Shown here: positions 9,228 to 18,707 of the stretch, in pieces
How the letters are laid out: each line of letters starts with the position of its first letter
Position numbering within the stretch: the stretch's first letter is position 1
Origin: a virus
IMG/VR virus record: IMGVR_UViG_3300021092_002038
Span: 16,468 to 80,467 of that record
DNA: 64,000 nt
Direction: 5' to 3' (one strand)
Notes under the pieces: model-generated
Database searches by the model: none
What the model was told of the DNA's origin: nothing
The model's input: the letters and a program-made list of their open reading frames with translations, nothing else
Made by a program: the position numbers and the translations under genes

Positions 9228-10556
9228 CTATGACGTGACCGTTGTTGTCTTTTCCGTTTGTATTTTACTAATTTTCGGTAGTTCAATCTTCTTTAACTTC
9301 GGCAAAACAATTTTCTTTTCAACTGCAAATTCAGGAACATGTTTATCCAACATAGCGTGAAACTGTTTGTCTATGGCCGACTCGTTAAATTTTTCAACTA
9401 AACTTGTTACTGATTCTTCAGACTTTTTCAAAAGCTTATCATAATTAACAATCATCCCCACAAATTTTTCTTTGGCTTTTTCATAATCAACATAAAACCA
9501 ACTTGATTCTTTGATAAGATACTGATTTACTGATTCTGGTGAAATTGTTTTGACGTCTCCTCTCAATAAATATGAATTGTCTTTATTTAGAAATTCTAAG
9601 TGTCCGCTCCAATCAGATGCCATCACCGGCTTGCCGCTCATTGCAGATAACAATAATGGATGTCCGTATCCTTCTCCATGCGTAAAACTCACATGACACT
9701 TAACCTTTTTATGATTAAATAATGCATTCATTTCAACGTCACTCAATTCGCCGTGTAGTAAATACACGTTGGGTAAATCTCCGTTCACATCATTTTTAAT
9801 TTGATTTATCTTGGATAGACATTCATATTTATCAATTTTAGAAAAAGTAGCTCCGCTCGTTTTTAATATCAAAGCAGGCCTGTATTTTGAATTTTTGAAA
9901 GTTTCTAAAAATGTCTTGATTAACATTCCTATATCTTTTCTATCTCCATATGCAGAGCCGTGCGTCCATTGTCCTACAAACAAAAAACAAAAATCTTCTT
10001 TTATGTTTGAAAGCTCATTTTCTATTGATGAAACGGTTTCATCGGTTTTTTTATATATGTTAGTATTAACTCCCCAATTAACTACTTCTGTCGGTTTTAT
10101 TAACTTAATTTCTTCTTTTTGTCCATTCGGATGTTGTTTTAAAAAATTTACTTTTTCAAATACTTCTTTTACAAATTTAGAAAGAACAAAATTTACATTC
10201 ATTCGGTTCATTCCTTCAATCCAATCTCCTGATGGAATAGTTGTCTCTATTCCTGCCGTCATACCAATATTAAATTTTGCTGGGGATTGGAATTCGCTGG
10301 GAATACTAATTTGAATAAATAATTCTGGTTGTTTATTCAAAGGTTCACGAATAATTCTGTTAAATAACTCCTTTTCGACCACATCCGTAATTTCTTCCGC
10401 ACTATTTTTAGATGGACATGCTCCCCATCTTGTTGGCGCAATTCTTAAATCAAATTTATCATAACGTAACATCGATTTAGCCATTGCCATACTCCACTCA
10501 CCATATCCGCTTCTAGTAAAAAGTGGAGACTGTAATATACAAATTGGTTTACTCAT
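9228..10556 (-). CDS. GT-B glycosyltransferase (family 4-like)
   Basis: RSGYG, FLFVGQW, RKDIGMLIKTF, HGEGYGHPLL, SDWSGH. Confidence 0.85.
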   Translation of the reverse strand: MSKPICILQSPLFTRSGYGEWSMAMAKSMLRYDKFDLRIAPTRWGACPSKNSAEEITDVVEKELFNRIIREPLNKQPELFIQISIPSEFQSPAKFNIGMTAGIETTIPSGDWIEGMNRMNVNFVLSKFVKEVFEKVNFLKQHPNGQKEEIKLIKPTEVVNWGVNTNIYKKTDETVSSIENELSNIKEDFCFLFVGQWTHGSAYGDRKDIGMLIKTFLETFKNSKYRPALILKTSGATFSKIDKYECLSKINQIKNDVNGDLPNVYLLHGELSDVEMNALFNHKKVKCHVSFTHGEGYGHPLLLSAMSGKPVMASDWSGHLEFLNKDNSYLLRGDVKTISPESVNQYLIKESSWFYVDYEKAKEKFVGMIVNYDKLLKKSEESVTSLVEKFNESAIDKQFHAMLDKHVPEFAVEKKIVLPKLKKIELPKISKIQTEKTTTVTS

Positions 10557-10561
10557 ATAAA

Positions 10562-11242
10562 TTAATTTTCTCTTTCTTTTATTAAATCGCTATATCGTTT
10601 CCTTGGTGCAGAAACATTTGTTTTTTCATACATCTTTATTAAGTGTTCAGGAATCGAAACTTTATTTTTTTCGGTATTATTTTCAGTGGTGCTCCCAAAT
10701 CCACCTTTACCTCTTTCGGTGGAGTCTAAAACATTCACTAATTCAAATATAACATTTTCTATTTGAGTTACTTTTAATTGGCATATAGTATCGCCTTTTT
10801 TATAAATTTTATTTAAATTTGGTCGGCCTACAATTAAAGCTGATCCTGTATTTGGTTCCGTTGTGGGAACATATAGAAAATCGTCGGGTTGCCAAATATA
10901 TTTGAATCTTAATAATATTTCTCCTCTATAATCCGCGTCAATTAAACATATCGAGTTGGCCAACATCAAATTATACTTGGATATTGAAGATCTGGGAAAA
11001 CCTAAAATATCATAATCAGATATATTATTCATTTGAACCGAAGTAAACAAATTGGTTCTATATTGAATATAATCAATTGATTTATAATAGTATCCTGATC
11101 CGTCTTTATTTTGTTTTGTTCCAACAATTTCTGGTTCCGATGTAGCAATTATATCTCGGCCCGTCGAACGAGATGTGGCCGGTTTTGGCAATTTTTCTTC
11201 TGACGAATACGTTTCATTCTTTAAAATTTGAATTTTTGTCAT
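10562..11242 (-). CDS. dut: dUTPase (trimeric type)
   Basis: PRSS, LIDADYRGEI, ICQL, TERGKGGFGST motifs. Confidence 0.9.
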   Translation of the reverse strand: MTKIQILKNETYSSEEKLPKPATSRSTGRDIIATSEPEIVGTKQNKDGSGYYYKSIDYIQYRTNLFTSVQMNNISDYDILGFPRSSISKYNLMLANSICLIDADYRGEILLRFKYIWQPDDFLYVPTTEPNTGSALIVGRPNLNKIYKKGDTICQLKVTQIENVIFELVNVLDSTERGKGGFGSTTENNTEKNKVSIPEHLIKMYEKTNVSAPRKRYSDLIKEREN

Positions 11243-11262
11243 ATTTTAATAATTATAAGTTT

Positions 11263-12246
11263 TTATTTCACATTTTCAATTTCTTTTATTTCACGCATAA
11301 TTTTGTCCACATCAATTTTTGGCATTTTAAATCCCAAACAATTTTTTGGCATTTTATGGCCAACATGTTCGGTCGGAGTGTGCAGTGAAAACGATTTCTC
11401 AGGAACAAAATTTTCTAGTGTAAAATCCATGGCTTTAATAAATTGGTGCGCAAGATTTTTATGATTTAACCCCCCCTCATTCATAGCCCATCGGCGACCT
11501 TCTAATCCAAACTTTTCTCGAATTTCTTCGGACATCATATACCAATACATCATTGCGTTAGCCACATCTTCCCATTTGCACAAATCATCAAAAATGTATG
11601 GCGTTGGTGGTGACCCCTGAACTACTCTAGTTACCGGCCATATTGGTTTGGCCCACACACCGTGACGGCTATATTTTTTTTCGTTATTTGATGAGAAATC
11701 AACATCAAATTCTACTGGATTTCCTTCATCATCTAGTTGACCAATTTGATCTTGTAATCCTCCTGTAACATTTACAATAACAGGAGTTCCTGCCATTATA
11801 GATTCTGCTACGCTCAACCCAAACCCTTCATTTGAACTGACGTTAATCGTTACATCTGCGATATTATAAAGAACATTCATATCTTCAGGCGAAAATCTAT
11901 CTTGAATTACCAAAAAATTATGATCTGGTAAAAACGCTTCTTGAATAGCTTTTAAATCGGTGCCGGCATCTAATACTTGTTCGGTATGACATACCAAAAT
12001 ACATTTTTCCGATTTTTCTTTTGGTAAATTGTCACAAAACATTTTGAACGCCAATGCTATATTAGATGTTCTTTTTCTTTGAATGTTTCTACTATTGTAA
12101 AAAAATACAAAATCATAATCAATATCTTTAAAAATATTTTTTTTCATCACGACGAGTTTCTCGTCGGTTTTATTTAGTGGTTTAAATACTTCACTATTAA
12201 TTCCATGAGGAACGTAATGTAATAGATGTTTTCCTTTTACTGACAT
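11263..12246 (-). CDS. GT-B glycosyltransferase, C-terminal half
   Basis: YVPHGIN, RNIQRKR, SNEGFGLSVAESIMAGTP, TGGLQDQ; own AAGGA Shine-Dalgarno. Confidence 0.8.
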   Translation of the reverse strand: MSVKGKHLLHYVPHGINSEVFKPLNKTDEKLVVMKKNIFKDIDYDFVFFYNSRNIQRKRTSNIALAFKMFCDNLPKEKSEKCILVCHTEQVLDAGTDLKAIQEAFLPDHNFLVIQDRFSPEDMNVLYNIADVTINVSSNEGFGLSVAESIMAGTPVIVNVTGGLQDQIGQLDDEGNPVEFDVDFSSNNEKKYSRHGVWAKPIWPVTRVVQGSPPTPYIFDDLCKWEDVANAMMYWYMMSEEIREKFGLEGRRWAMNEGGLNHKNLAHQFIKAMDFTLENFVPEKSFSLHTPTEHVGHKMPKNCLGFKMPKIDVDKIMREIKEIENVK

Positions 12247-12256
12247 ATTTTTCCTT

Positions 12257-12802
12257 TTAATTTTTGATTAACTTTCCATCTGTGTTAAACTCGCCGTCTA
12301 CGGTTAGACAGTTTTCCGGTCTGAGCACCCACTTATTTATATTCATAGTTTGTTTACTAATAGAAAATAACGTGTCGCAGCTTTCATAAAAAGGTCGATT
12401 CCACATAGGATATGGAATGTCATCCCAAATGTTAAGATACGTCAATGGAATTTTTTGTCTAATCTTTTTTTCAAGTTGATACAACCACCCCCAAAATCTA
12501 GGATCGGTAAAGTGTAAAATTGCGTCAGGCTTTTCCATATTCATAACCGCCATTAATACATCTTCATTGCCATATCCGTCTACCGGGTACAATTTTAAAT
12601 ATGCGTCTTGTAGTTTTGTATATTCGTTTGCGGCAGCTGACATGTCTATTATTTTTCCCTTTTCGTAATGATTAATTGCGCCTGCGATTTGTACCCAATC
12701 ATAATGGTGAATTGTGTTTAAAACAAGTTCACGTGATTGACAAGCAATTCCACTAAACATTCTTAAATCGTCGCTCAGTAATAATATTTTTTTCTTTTTC
12801 AT
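12257..12802 (-). CDS. GT-B glycosyltransferase, N-terminal half
   Basis: KKILLLSDDLR..SGIA, EKPDAILHFTDP, YLNIWD, CDTLFSISK. Confidence 0.75.
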   Translation of the reverse strand: MKKKKILLLSDDLRMFSGIACQSRELVLNTIHHYDWVQIAGAINHYEKGKIIDMSAAANEYTKLQDAYLKLYPVDGYGNEDVLMAVMNMEKPDAILHFTDPRFWGWLYQLEKKIRQKIPLTYLNIWDDIPYPMWNRPFYESCDTLFSISKQTMNINKWVLRPENCLTVDGEFNTDGKLIKN

Positions 12803-12817
12803 TTTAAATCATGTAAG

Positions 12818-12997
12818 TCAAGGAGTTTTTACGCCACTAGAATTATAATCTTCAATAATTGCTTTTATTTCCGATTCAATGTCTTTGATTTTTTCTTTGT
12901 ATCCCGCATTAACATCTTTTTGATCTAACTTAACCTTTATTAATTGTTCAGTCAATTCGTATACCTTTTGTTCAGCTTGTTGTTTTGTCAATTTCAT
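12818..12997 (-). CDS. Small coiled-coil hypothetical protein (59 aa)
   Basis: Below ORF-track cutoff; hand translation MKLTKQQAEQKVYELTEQLIKVKLDQKDVNAGYKEKIKDIESEIKAIIEDYNSSGVKTP* fills the gap. Confidence 0.6.
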   Translation of the reverse strand: MKLTKQQAEQKVYELTEQLIKVKLDQKDVNAGYKEKIKDIESEIKAIIEDYNSSGVKTP

Positions 12998-13163
12998 ATG
13001 ATTTTACTTTATAACTTCCGGATATTGCATCTAAAATTGCTTTTTCAGCAAATCGATTCATTTTATAACCATTATCATCGCAAAATTCTTTGAGAAGATC
13101 TCGTATTGTAGTCGAAACTTGTATAGATGTTTTATCGTTATTATCCGTCATTTGATAATACAT
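12972..13163 (-). CDS. Ribbon-helix-helix-like DNA-binding protein
   Basis: TSIQVS strand + IRDLLKEFCDDNG + MNRFAEKAILDAI helices fit the RHH pattern; true start may be 13151. Confidence 0.55.
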   Translation of the reverse strand: MYYQMTDNNDKTSIQVSTTIRDLLKEFCDDNGYKMNRFAEKAILDAISGSYKVKSYEIDKTTS

Positions 13164-13174
13164 AGTATTAAACT

Positions 13175-13210
13175 TTAGAAAAGATTAGAAAAAATTAGAA
13201 AAAATTAGAA
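13175..13210. repeat. Four TTAGAA direct repeats in exact 10-bp phase
   Basis: ttagaa at 13175, 13185, 13195, 13205, directly upstream of the RHH-like gene. Confidence 0.8.
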
Positions 13211-13957
13211 TTCATTTAATATATTTTTCCAATTAAAAACCAACGGTTTTACAAAAACTATCTTTTTTTTACTTTCAGTAACCTTATATCCACTCTTGCT
13301 ATATTCGCCTAAATAACTTCCGTATTTTTTCAAACACTCTTCTTTATTTTCTCTAGCCAGTCTGCCTCGTTCGCCTTTTTCTTTAGCCCATAAAAGTAAA
13401 GGAGACTTTTGAATACTTGATCCTGAGGTCATTCCTATTTCAATCCAATTGTCAGCTTTATAACAGCTGCCGTTTCTATTGGCATTTCCATTATATTCAA
13501 CGTCTCTTTCAGGTTGTACGAATGTTTCTATTAAAATTAGATTATCATTATAACGTTCTTTCCAATCTCTGCGTCCAGAAATTCTTAACTGTTTTAAAGT
13601 TGAACTCGCAATGTTTTTTATAGTGGCGTTTTTTTGAATTATGCAAAATCTACTATTATTTGCTACTTTGTTAAGATGTTTCATTTTTGTTGTATTATTC
13701 CACCCAATATAATTATCTCTACACGCTACCGCAATTGTAGCACTACTTAAACCAACGGCTCCTACAAAATTTCCACTCTTAGATTCGTATACCAAATATC
13801 TTATGTTTCTAGTCGGAGAATCTTTATATTTCACATAAGAATGATATTGATTTATAGTGTCTCTAAATAATTTATTTTGCCGTGAATTTTCACAGTTAAA
13901 TAGTATAATATTATCCTTAACTGATTCTATATTAAAAAAACTGTGATTGTAAATCAT
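13205..13957 (-). CDS. DUF4338/DruA-like protein (GNAT/Mom-like)
   Basis: QYHSY, RNIRYLV, RDNYIGW, NNSRFCI, IETFV, GSCYKADNWIEIGMTSG. Confidence 0.7.
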   Translation of the reverse strand: MIYNHSFFNIESVKDNIILFNCENSRQNKLFRDTINQYHSYVKYKDSPTRNIRYLVYESKSGNFVGAVGLSSATIAVACRDNYIGWNNTTKMKHLNKVANNSRFCIIQKNATIKNIASSTLKQLRISGRRDWKERYNDNLILIETFVQPERDVEYNGNANRNGSCYKADNWIEIGMTSGSSIQKSPLLLWAKEKGERGRLARENKEECLKKYGSYLGEYSKSGYKVTESKKKIVFVKPLVFNWKNILNEF

Positions 13958-14604
13958 ACTATTTTAGTTAAAACATCGTCTACTGTTTTTAATAATATTT
14001 CATCTTTTAAAGCTAAACTGTATAATTCGTGGGTTCTATCAGTGGAATCTTCCCATTCAATTTGAATATCACTGCCACGTTTAATAATTGGATCATTTAT
14101 CATTTCTTGATCATTTGCTGGCTCCATATATAACTTTTTTTGTTGTGGTTGTTGAAACCGATTTGTTTTCATTCCTGCAAAGTAATATTTAGACAGATGA
14201 ACAAGTGTACCTTTTAATTCGTTTTTTATCCAATAAACCTCATCCTTATCGTAGATAGAATATCTAATGTCCGTAATTATGTTTATATCCGCATTTGATT
14301 TTTCAAGATCTTTTTGCAACATTTCTATCCAATATCTTCCTTCTGTTTGTTTTCTTTTTATGCCGCCATACCATACTAATAAAGGTCTAAATACATTTTT
14401 TTCCTCTGTTAATTCAGACCACACGTTCATATTTAGTTTTTCTTTAACAAACTGTTCACAATCTTTTTTCAAATAATACGCCAGTGCAAAAGATTTGCAG
14501 GTTTTGTTATATTTTTCTTTTAAAATATTACTTGCAATATCTGCAAATAAATTTTTGCCTGTTCTAGCTACTCCGCCAATACCTATAATTTTTTTATTCT
14601 TCAT
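13954..14604 (-). CDS. Deoxynucleoside monophosphate kinase
   Basis: P-loop GIGGVARTGKN, FALAYYLK, RPLLVWYG, ITDIRY. Confidence 0.75.
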   Translation of the reverse strand: MKNKKIIGIGGVARTGKNLFADIASNILKEKYNKTCKSFALAYYLKKDCEQFVKEKLNMNVWSELTEEKNVFRPLLVWYGGIKRKQTEGRYWIEMLQKDLEKSNADINIITDIRYSIYDKDEVYWIKNELKGTLVHLSKYYFAGMKTNRFQQPQQKKLYMEPANDQEMINDPIIKRGSDIQIEWEDSTDRTHELYSLALKDEILLKTVDDVLTKIV

Positions 14605-15079
14605 CTTTATTTATAATTTTATCTATTTGTTTATCTTCCATTCCATATCCTCTACAATCCTCGTATAGTCGATTCAGTCCTATTTCAGTCTTGGACATAA
14701 TCTCACAATATTCGTTAGCTTCAGATTTGCTTATCCGATATCTATCACTAATTAACTCTAGAATAGATTTATTAAATTTTTTATTTTTACTTTTTATATA
14801 AGGTGTAAATTTAACGGGTTTAATAACTTCACAACAAACTTTATAAAAAGATTTACTGTCCATTTTATCAAAAATTTTACTAAGATAACATACTTCGTCA
14901 ATCACGTTTGGATCCATGCTTAAAAATCTACAAATCATATAATGATTAAATGATTTTTTTTCTACGTCTGTTAAACTATCGTAATAACCCGGATTTTTTA
15001 CGTTCCTTATTTGATTAATATGATCAAACAATCCTTTTGGTTTAACTTTATTTTCGTTCGTTTGTTTTTTTCTTGCCAT
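14594..15079 (-). CDS. Putative clamp-loader small subunit (T4 gp62-like)
   Basis: LFDHINQI...SFNHYMICRFLSM...ISKSEANEY pattern resembles gp62-family proteins. Confidence 0.5.
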   Translation of the reverse strand: MARKKQTNENKVKPKGLFDHINQIRNVKNPGYYDSLTDVEKKSFNHYMICRFLSMDPNVIDEVCYLSKIFDKMDSKSFYKVCCEVIKPVKFTPYIKSKNKKFNKSILELISDRYRISKSEANEYCEIMSKTEIGLNRLYEDCRGYGMEDKQIDKIINKDEE

Positions 15080-15317
15080 AAATTATTTTAATGCATTTAT
15101 TAATATTATCATTCAATACATTTTGATTTTGTTTTAAATCATCTATATTTTTTCTAAATGTAATATTGTTTTCGTCTTGTATTATAAAGTTTTTACTTAC
15201 AAATTGTTTATTTGTCAAAATAAAATACACCGTTGCTCCTAAAAACAACGGTGTAATATTTTGAAACCAAAAACAAATAAGTGATACGCCAAAACTAATT
15301 ATAATTGGAATAATCAT
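15048..15317 (-). CDS. Small membrane protein
   Basis: Two N-terminal hydrophobic segments and a coiled-coil tail. Confidence 0.5.
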   Translation of the reverse strand: MIIPIIISFGVSLICFWFQNITPLFLGATVYFILTNKQFVSKNFIIQDENNITFRKNIDDLKQNQNVLNDNINKCIKIIYGKKKTNERK

Positions 15318-15345
15318 TCATTTATTTACTTGCTTACGTGCTTGA

Positions 15346-15591
15346 TTAAGCTGCCAATCTAGTAGCCTTGGTCAGAACCTTTCTCAAGGTGTTAATTTGA
15401 TGTCCATTCAAATCAATTCGGACATCATCAGATTTAATTGTTAGACGATTACGACCCTTAGAACCAGCATAAGATTGATTAATATATGTGGCCACATTGC
15501 CATAATCGGCACGAACAAACACGCTCTTTTTTCTATCGTTCTTAATAACTTGCATATTTTTTTCCCCTTTGTTTTTATTTTCAATCTTCAC
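15346..15591 (-). CDS. Small basic hypothetical protein
   Basis: Preceded by sigma70-like promoter; start may be the internal ATG (MQVIK) after an AAGGGG SD. Confidence 0.55.
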   Translation of the reverse strand: MKIENKNKGEKNMQVIKNDRKKSVFVRADYGNVATYINQSYAGSKGRNRLTIKSDDVRIDLNGHQINTLRKVLTKATRLAA

Positions 15592-15621
15592 ACAATGTAA
15601 AGATTAAATATTATGTTTTAT

Positions 15622-15649
15622 AGTTTAGTTCAAAAATTACATTAGTCAA
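15622..15649 (-). promoter_or_regulatory. Sigma70-like promoter TTGACT-N16-TAAACT
   Basis: Intergenic, oriented toward 15346..15591. Confidence 0.55.
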
Positions 15650-15821
15650 CAGTAAATTTGATATAAAAATTTATTATATTTTTATGTTATAATTAACTCT
15701 GCACGTGAATTAATCCACGATGTATTTCTCTATTAGTTAAGTTATTCATTATATATAAATTATTTTAATATTTTTATTTTCGGCATTTATTGTTTAATCT
15801 TCATAATTTAAAGGTTATATT

Positions 15822-16745
15822 TTAACAATTAAAAGTTTTTTCAAATTTTTTAATAGCTAGATCTTTTGCTTTAAATTCAAATTCTAAATCTATTTTATCC
15901 GCATTATTATATTCTTCTGGAATTTGAGATACATAATCTGCGTGTGCTCTAGGGTTTTTCGCATTTTTTTCACAATCGCTGAAGTGAAATAGTGGGATGT
16001 AATTTCCCCACGTCGATTTGGCTAAATTATACGCTTCAATATTTGACAAATTTCCAGTATTATTTTTGAAGTGTAAATTGTCATACGTAATTGGTATATT
16101 CGTTTTAACATATATGTGATCATAAAGTTGTTTTACATTCCAGCTATTAAGTTTGTCTTCGTTTTCCAAAACCAATCTAGATTTTACATTATCGTTTAAA
16201 GAATTATATATTGTTATAAATCTATTAGCGGTGTCTTCTAACGGGCTGCCTTTATAGCAATTCATGTGAATATTAATAGGCGATTCATAACTTTTTGGCA
16301 GTTCAAATAAATCCATGATGTCACCGTGATGATGTAATTCTAAAATTGATTTTTTTACAGTATTTAAATTCATAGATGCAAGAACCACAAATTGATCAGG
16401 ATGTGTACTACATCTCAAATTATTTTTACGAATTATTTCTGCACATTTTTTAAATTCTTCGTAGATTTGATCTTTATCAGGTAATATATCAATACTTATG
16501 TTTGCTTCTGGGAGAGTAATTAGGGGGATGATACCACTACTTATTCTGTAATTCCATTTGTTTTTTACACAATGTTCTATTGTTTTCAAAGTGACTCGTA
16601 AATTATTTAATGTTCTTTCGCTGACAATTTTCAATGCAGTTTTTCGTTCAAGCATCAAAAATCTTTTTTTAGTCATGCACGAAGCTCCTACATCATCCGG
16701 TAACATTAATGATATGCAACAAAGACTTTTTCTTTTATTTTTCAT
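15822..16745 (-). CDS. uvsE: UV-damage endonuclease (UvsE/UvdE)
   Basis: YRISS, HPDQFVVL, NIH, RLVLENED, TYDNLH, HFS, RAHADY, EFKAKD. Confidence 0.9.
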   Translation of the reverse strand: MKNKRKSLCCISLMLPDDVGASCMTKKRFLMLERKTALKIVSERTLNNLRVTLKTIEHCVKNKWNYRISSGIIPLITLPEANISIDILPDKDQIYEEFKKCAEIIRKNNLRCSTHPDQFVVLASMNLNTVKKSILELHHHGDIMDLFELPKSYESPINIHMNCYKGSPLEDTANRFITIYNSLNDNVKSRLVLENEDKLNSWNVKQLYDHIYVKTNIPITYDNLHFKNNTGNLSNIEAYNLAKSTWGNYIPLFHFSDCEKNAKNPRAHADYVSQIPEEYNNADKIDLEFEFKAKDLAIKKFEKTFNC

Positions 16746-16751
16746 TTTTAT

Positions 16752-16779
16752 ATTATATTATTTTATTTAAAACAGTCAA
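16752..16779 (-). promoter_or_regulatory. Sigma70-like promoter TTGACT-N16-TATAAT
   Basis: -10 box ends 6 nt upstream of the uvsE ATG, implying a near-leaderless transcript. Confidence 0.65.
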
Positions 16780-16800
16780 ATGATTTATTAAATTTTAAAA

Positions 16801-17988
16801 TTACCTTCCTACTTCATGAAAATAATTTTCTTTTGCTTCATTATACGGCATACCAATCATTGAATTATAATAAAGAATATCAGTCTTCACTTTATTTTCT
16901 GATAAAAGTTTTTTGTATCTTTCTATGGCTTTGGGTTTCCACCATTCCAATATTGCGGTTTTGTCATTTGCGTATAATTCTTTCATCTTTAATTGATTGT
17001 CGTCGATTTTATTTTGAAGAAATTCTTTGGTATTTTGATAAAATTCTGAATAATATACGCCTCTTTCATAACCATGAACATAATCTGATGTTTTAATACC
17101 TAACTCATTAAATATCATAGATATGGACTTTTGTTTTGCGCCTGTAACAGGACCAGACACTCCTTCTTTTTGAGTCATTGCTTTTTCATATTTTTCTTTT
17201 TTATTTTCTTGAATCCAATGATGCCATATTTCGTAAATTTCGTCATCAGGCTTTATAGGAATTTTTCCTGCACTGCTACCACATTTATGCCACCATTTTA
17301 AACTGTTATACATACTATAACTTCCGTATAAGCTGGTAGTGGTCATTCCGACCAACGTATTTTCGTATAATTTTTTCCAAACATCTCTTACTGTAGAAGT
17401 AGTAATTAAACATGCTATGAGCTTTCCTCCTAAAAAATTGTATCCAAATGGTTGCGTAGACATGATGCAGCTTCCAATGGCACTATTATTTATACGTTTA
17501 GATTTTTTTAATTTATCGTCGACTGTCCATTTTAGATAATTGTCTCTATCACTTATACAAATCACATCGCTAGATACCGATACCGCACCTAAATACCTTT
17601 TGTTGGAATCATTGCCGTCGTGAATTAAAAATTTCAAAAATCTACCTGGAGTTTGACTGAATTCCATAGTGTGACAAAAAACTCGCAACATTATCCAATC
17701 TATCTCTTGAAATTCTCCATTTACAAGTTCAATTGTAGGATTGATTTTTTCTATTTCTTCCGTCGTTTTTTTAAAATTGTTTATGTCGGTGGGAACCCAA
17801 ATTTTTGCTTTTATTTGAGCAGATACACTTGCATACTTTCTATAACTTTGTACCTCATACCATTTTTTATAGAAAGTTTGTTCTTCAACGCTCATACGTT
17901 TAAGAAAATTCATATTTTCTATAAATTTATTTTTGTTTCCCTGATAGTCGAATTCAATAATATCAAAAAAATCGTTTGCAACGTTCAT
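16801..17988 (-). CDS. DUF4338/DruA-like protein
   Basis: PGRFLKF, RDNYLKW, QPFGYNFLGGKLIA, TTTSLYG..SMYN, GYERGVY. Confidence 0.75.
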   Translation of the reverse strand: MNVANDFFDIIEFDYQGNKNKFIENMNFLKRMSVEEQTFYKKWYEVQSYRKYASVSAQIKAKIWVPTDINNFKKTTEEIEKINPTIELVNGEFQEIDWIMLRVFCHTMEFSQTPGRFLKFLIHDGNDSNKRYLGAVSVSSDVICISDRDNYLKWTVDDKLKKSKRINNSAIGSCIMSTQPFGYNFLGGKLIACLITTSTVRDVWKKLYENTLVGMTTTSLYGSYSMYNSLKWWHKCGSSAGKIPIKPDDEIYEIWHHWIQENKKEKYEKAMTQKEGVSGPVTGAKQKSISMIFNELGIKTSDYVHGYERGVYYSEFYQNTKEFLQNKIDDNQLKMKELYANDKTAILEWWKPKAIERYKKLLSENKVKTDILYYNSMIGMPYNEAKENYFHEVGR

Positions 17989-18002
17989 ATTTATACAATA
18001 CT

Positions 18003-18230
18003 ATGACATTTAAAAAAGTCAATTCTAATGAAAAGGAATTCCATTATATAGAATTACAATCAACCATGTATGTATTATTTGACTCACAATTTGATATTCC
18101 TATAGCAAGAGGCAGTAAAGTTATTGTTGGAAAAGAAATTACAAAGTTAAATGAAAATGTGACCGTTCATTACTATAAATTGGATAAAAATAAAATTATG
18201 TATAAAATGACACATGGACAAAAAAAATAG
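18003..18230 (+). CDS. Hypothetical protein
   Basis: ATG at 18003 follows TATTTATA at 17988-17995; ends at a bidirectional terminator. Confidence 0.55.
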   Translation: MTFKKVNSNEKEFHYIELQSTMYVLFDSQFDIPIARGSKVIVGKEITKLNENVTVHYYKLDKNKIMYKMTHGQKK

Positions 18231-18258
18231 TTCTGTATTTTATTACAGAACTATTTAT
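18221..18258. terminator. Bidirectional intrinsic terminator
   Basis: aaatagttctgta-tttta-ttacagaactattt hairpin between convergent genes. Confidence 0.7.
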
Positions 18259-18272
18259 CGTTTTTATGTCAA

Positions 18273-18635
18273 TTATACGGTTTGCAAATTCTTGTCCGAT
18301 TTAACTTGCGTGGCCTCAGTCTTGTTTGCATTAAGATCTACAACCTTGACAGTTGCCGATTCATGAAGAACAACTCCGTCATTCTTAGCTTGTTCAATAG
18401 TCTTGGTGGAAACAGGAGCCATAGAATATACAGAAAGGGGTCGTCCCTTACCGAAATTCTTGGTGCCCAATTCAATAACGGTACCTTCATTCTGAGCCTT
18501 TGCGAGTCGAACTCTAAGAGTAATTTCCTTATCGAAATGACTGTTCTGCTCGAGAAGTTGCTTGAACGTAAAAATTACATTTTTTGGCCAAGTAACAGTC
18601 TGCTTTGTTTTGTTTTTTCTATTTGTTTTATTCAT
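18273..18635 (-). CDS. Basic protein, possible winged-helix DNA binder
   Basis: FTFKQL...ITLRVRL...GKGRPLSVYS; own sigma70-like promoter and terminator. Confidence 0.55.
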   Translation of the reverse strand: MNKTNRKNKTKQTVTWPKNVIFTFKQLLEQNSHFDKEITLRVRLAKAQNEGTVIELGTKNFGKGRPLSVYSMAPVSTKTIEQAKNDGVVLHESATVKVVDLNANKTEATQVKSDKNLQTV

Positions 18636-18662
18636 ATTTTATATTTATCCCTTTCACTTTCT

Positions 18663-18690
18663 ATATTATAACAGTGTGTTTTTAAGTCAA
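18663..18690 (-). promoter_or_regulatory. Sigma70-like promoter TTGACT-N16-TAATAT
   Basis: Intergenic, upstream of 18273..18635. Confidence 0.55.
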
Positions 18691-18707
18691 CTACTTTTTT
18701 AATATTT

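Noticed and set aside
9811-10314. Numerous short opposite-strand ORFs overlapping assigned genes (also 18282, 26414, 30170 and others)
   Set aside because: They lie antisense to genes with clear family motifs and have no independent signals
15690-15750. Small hairpin (cgtg/cacg within ttaact/agttaa) and an 18-codon - strand ORF
   Set aside because: Short helices in very AT-rich DNA are expected by chance; no further support
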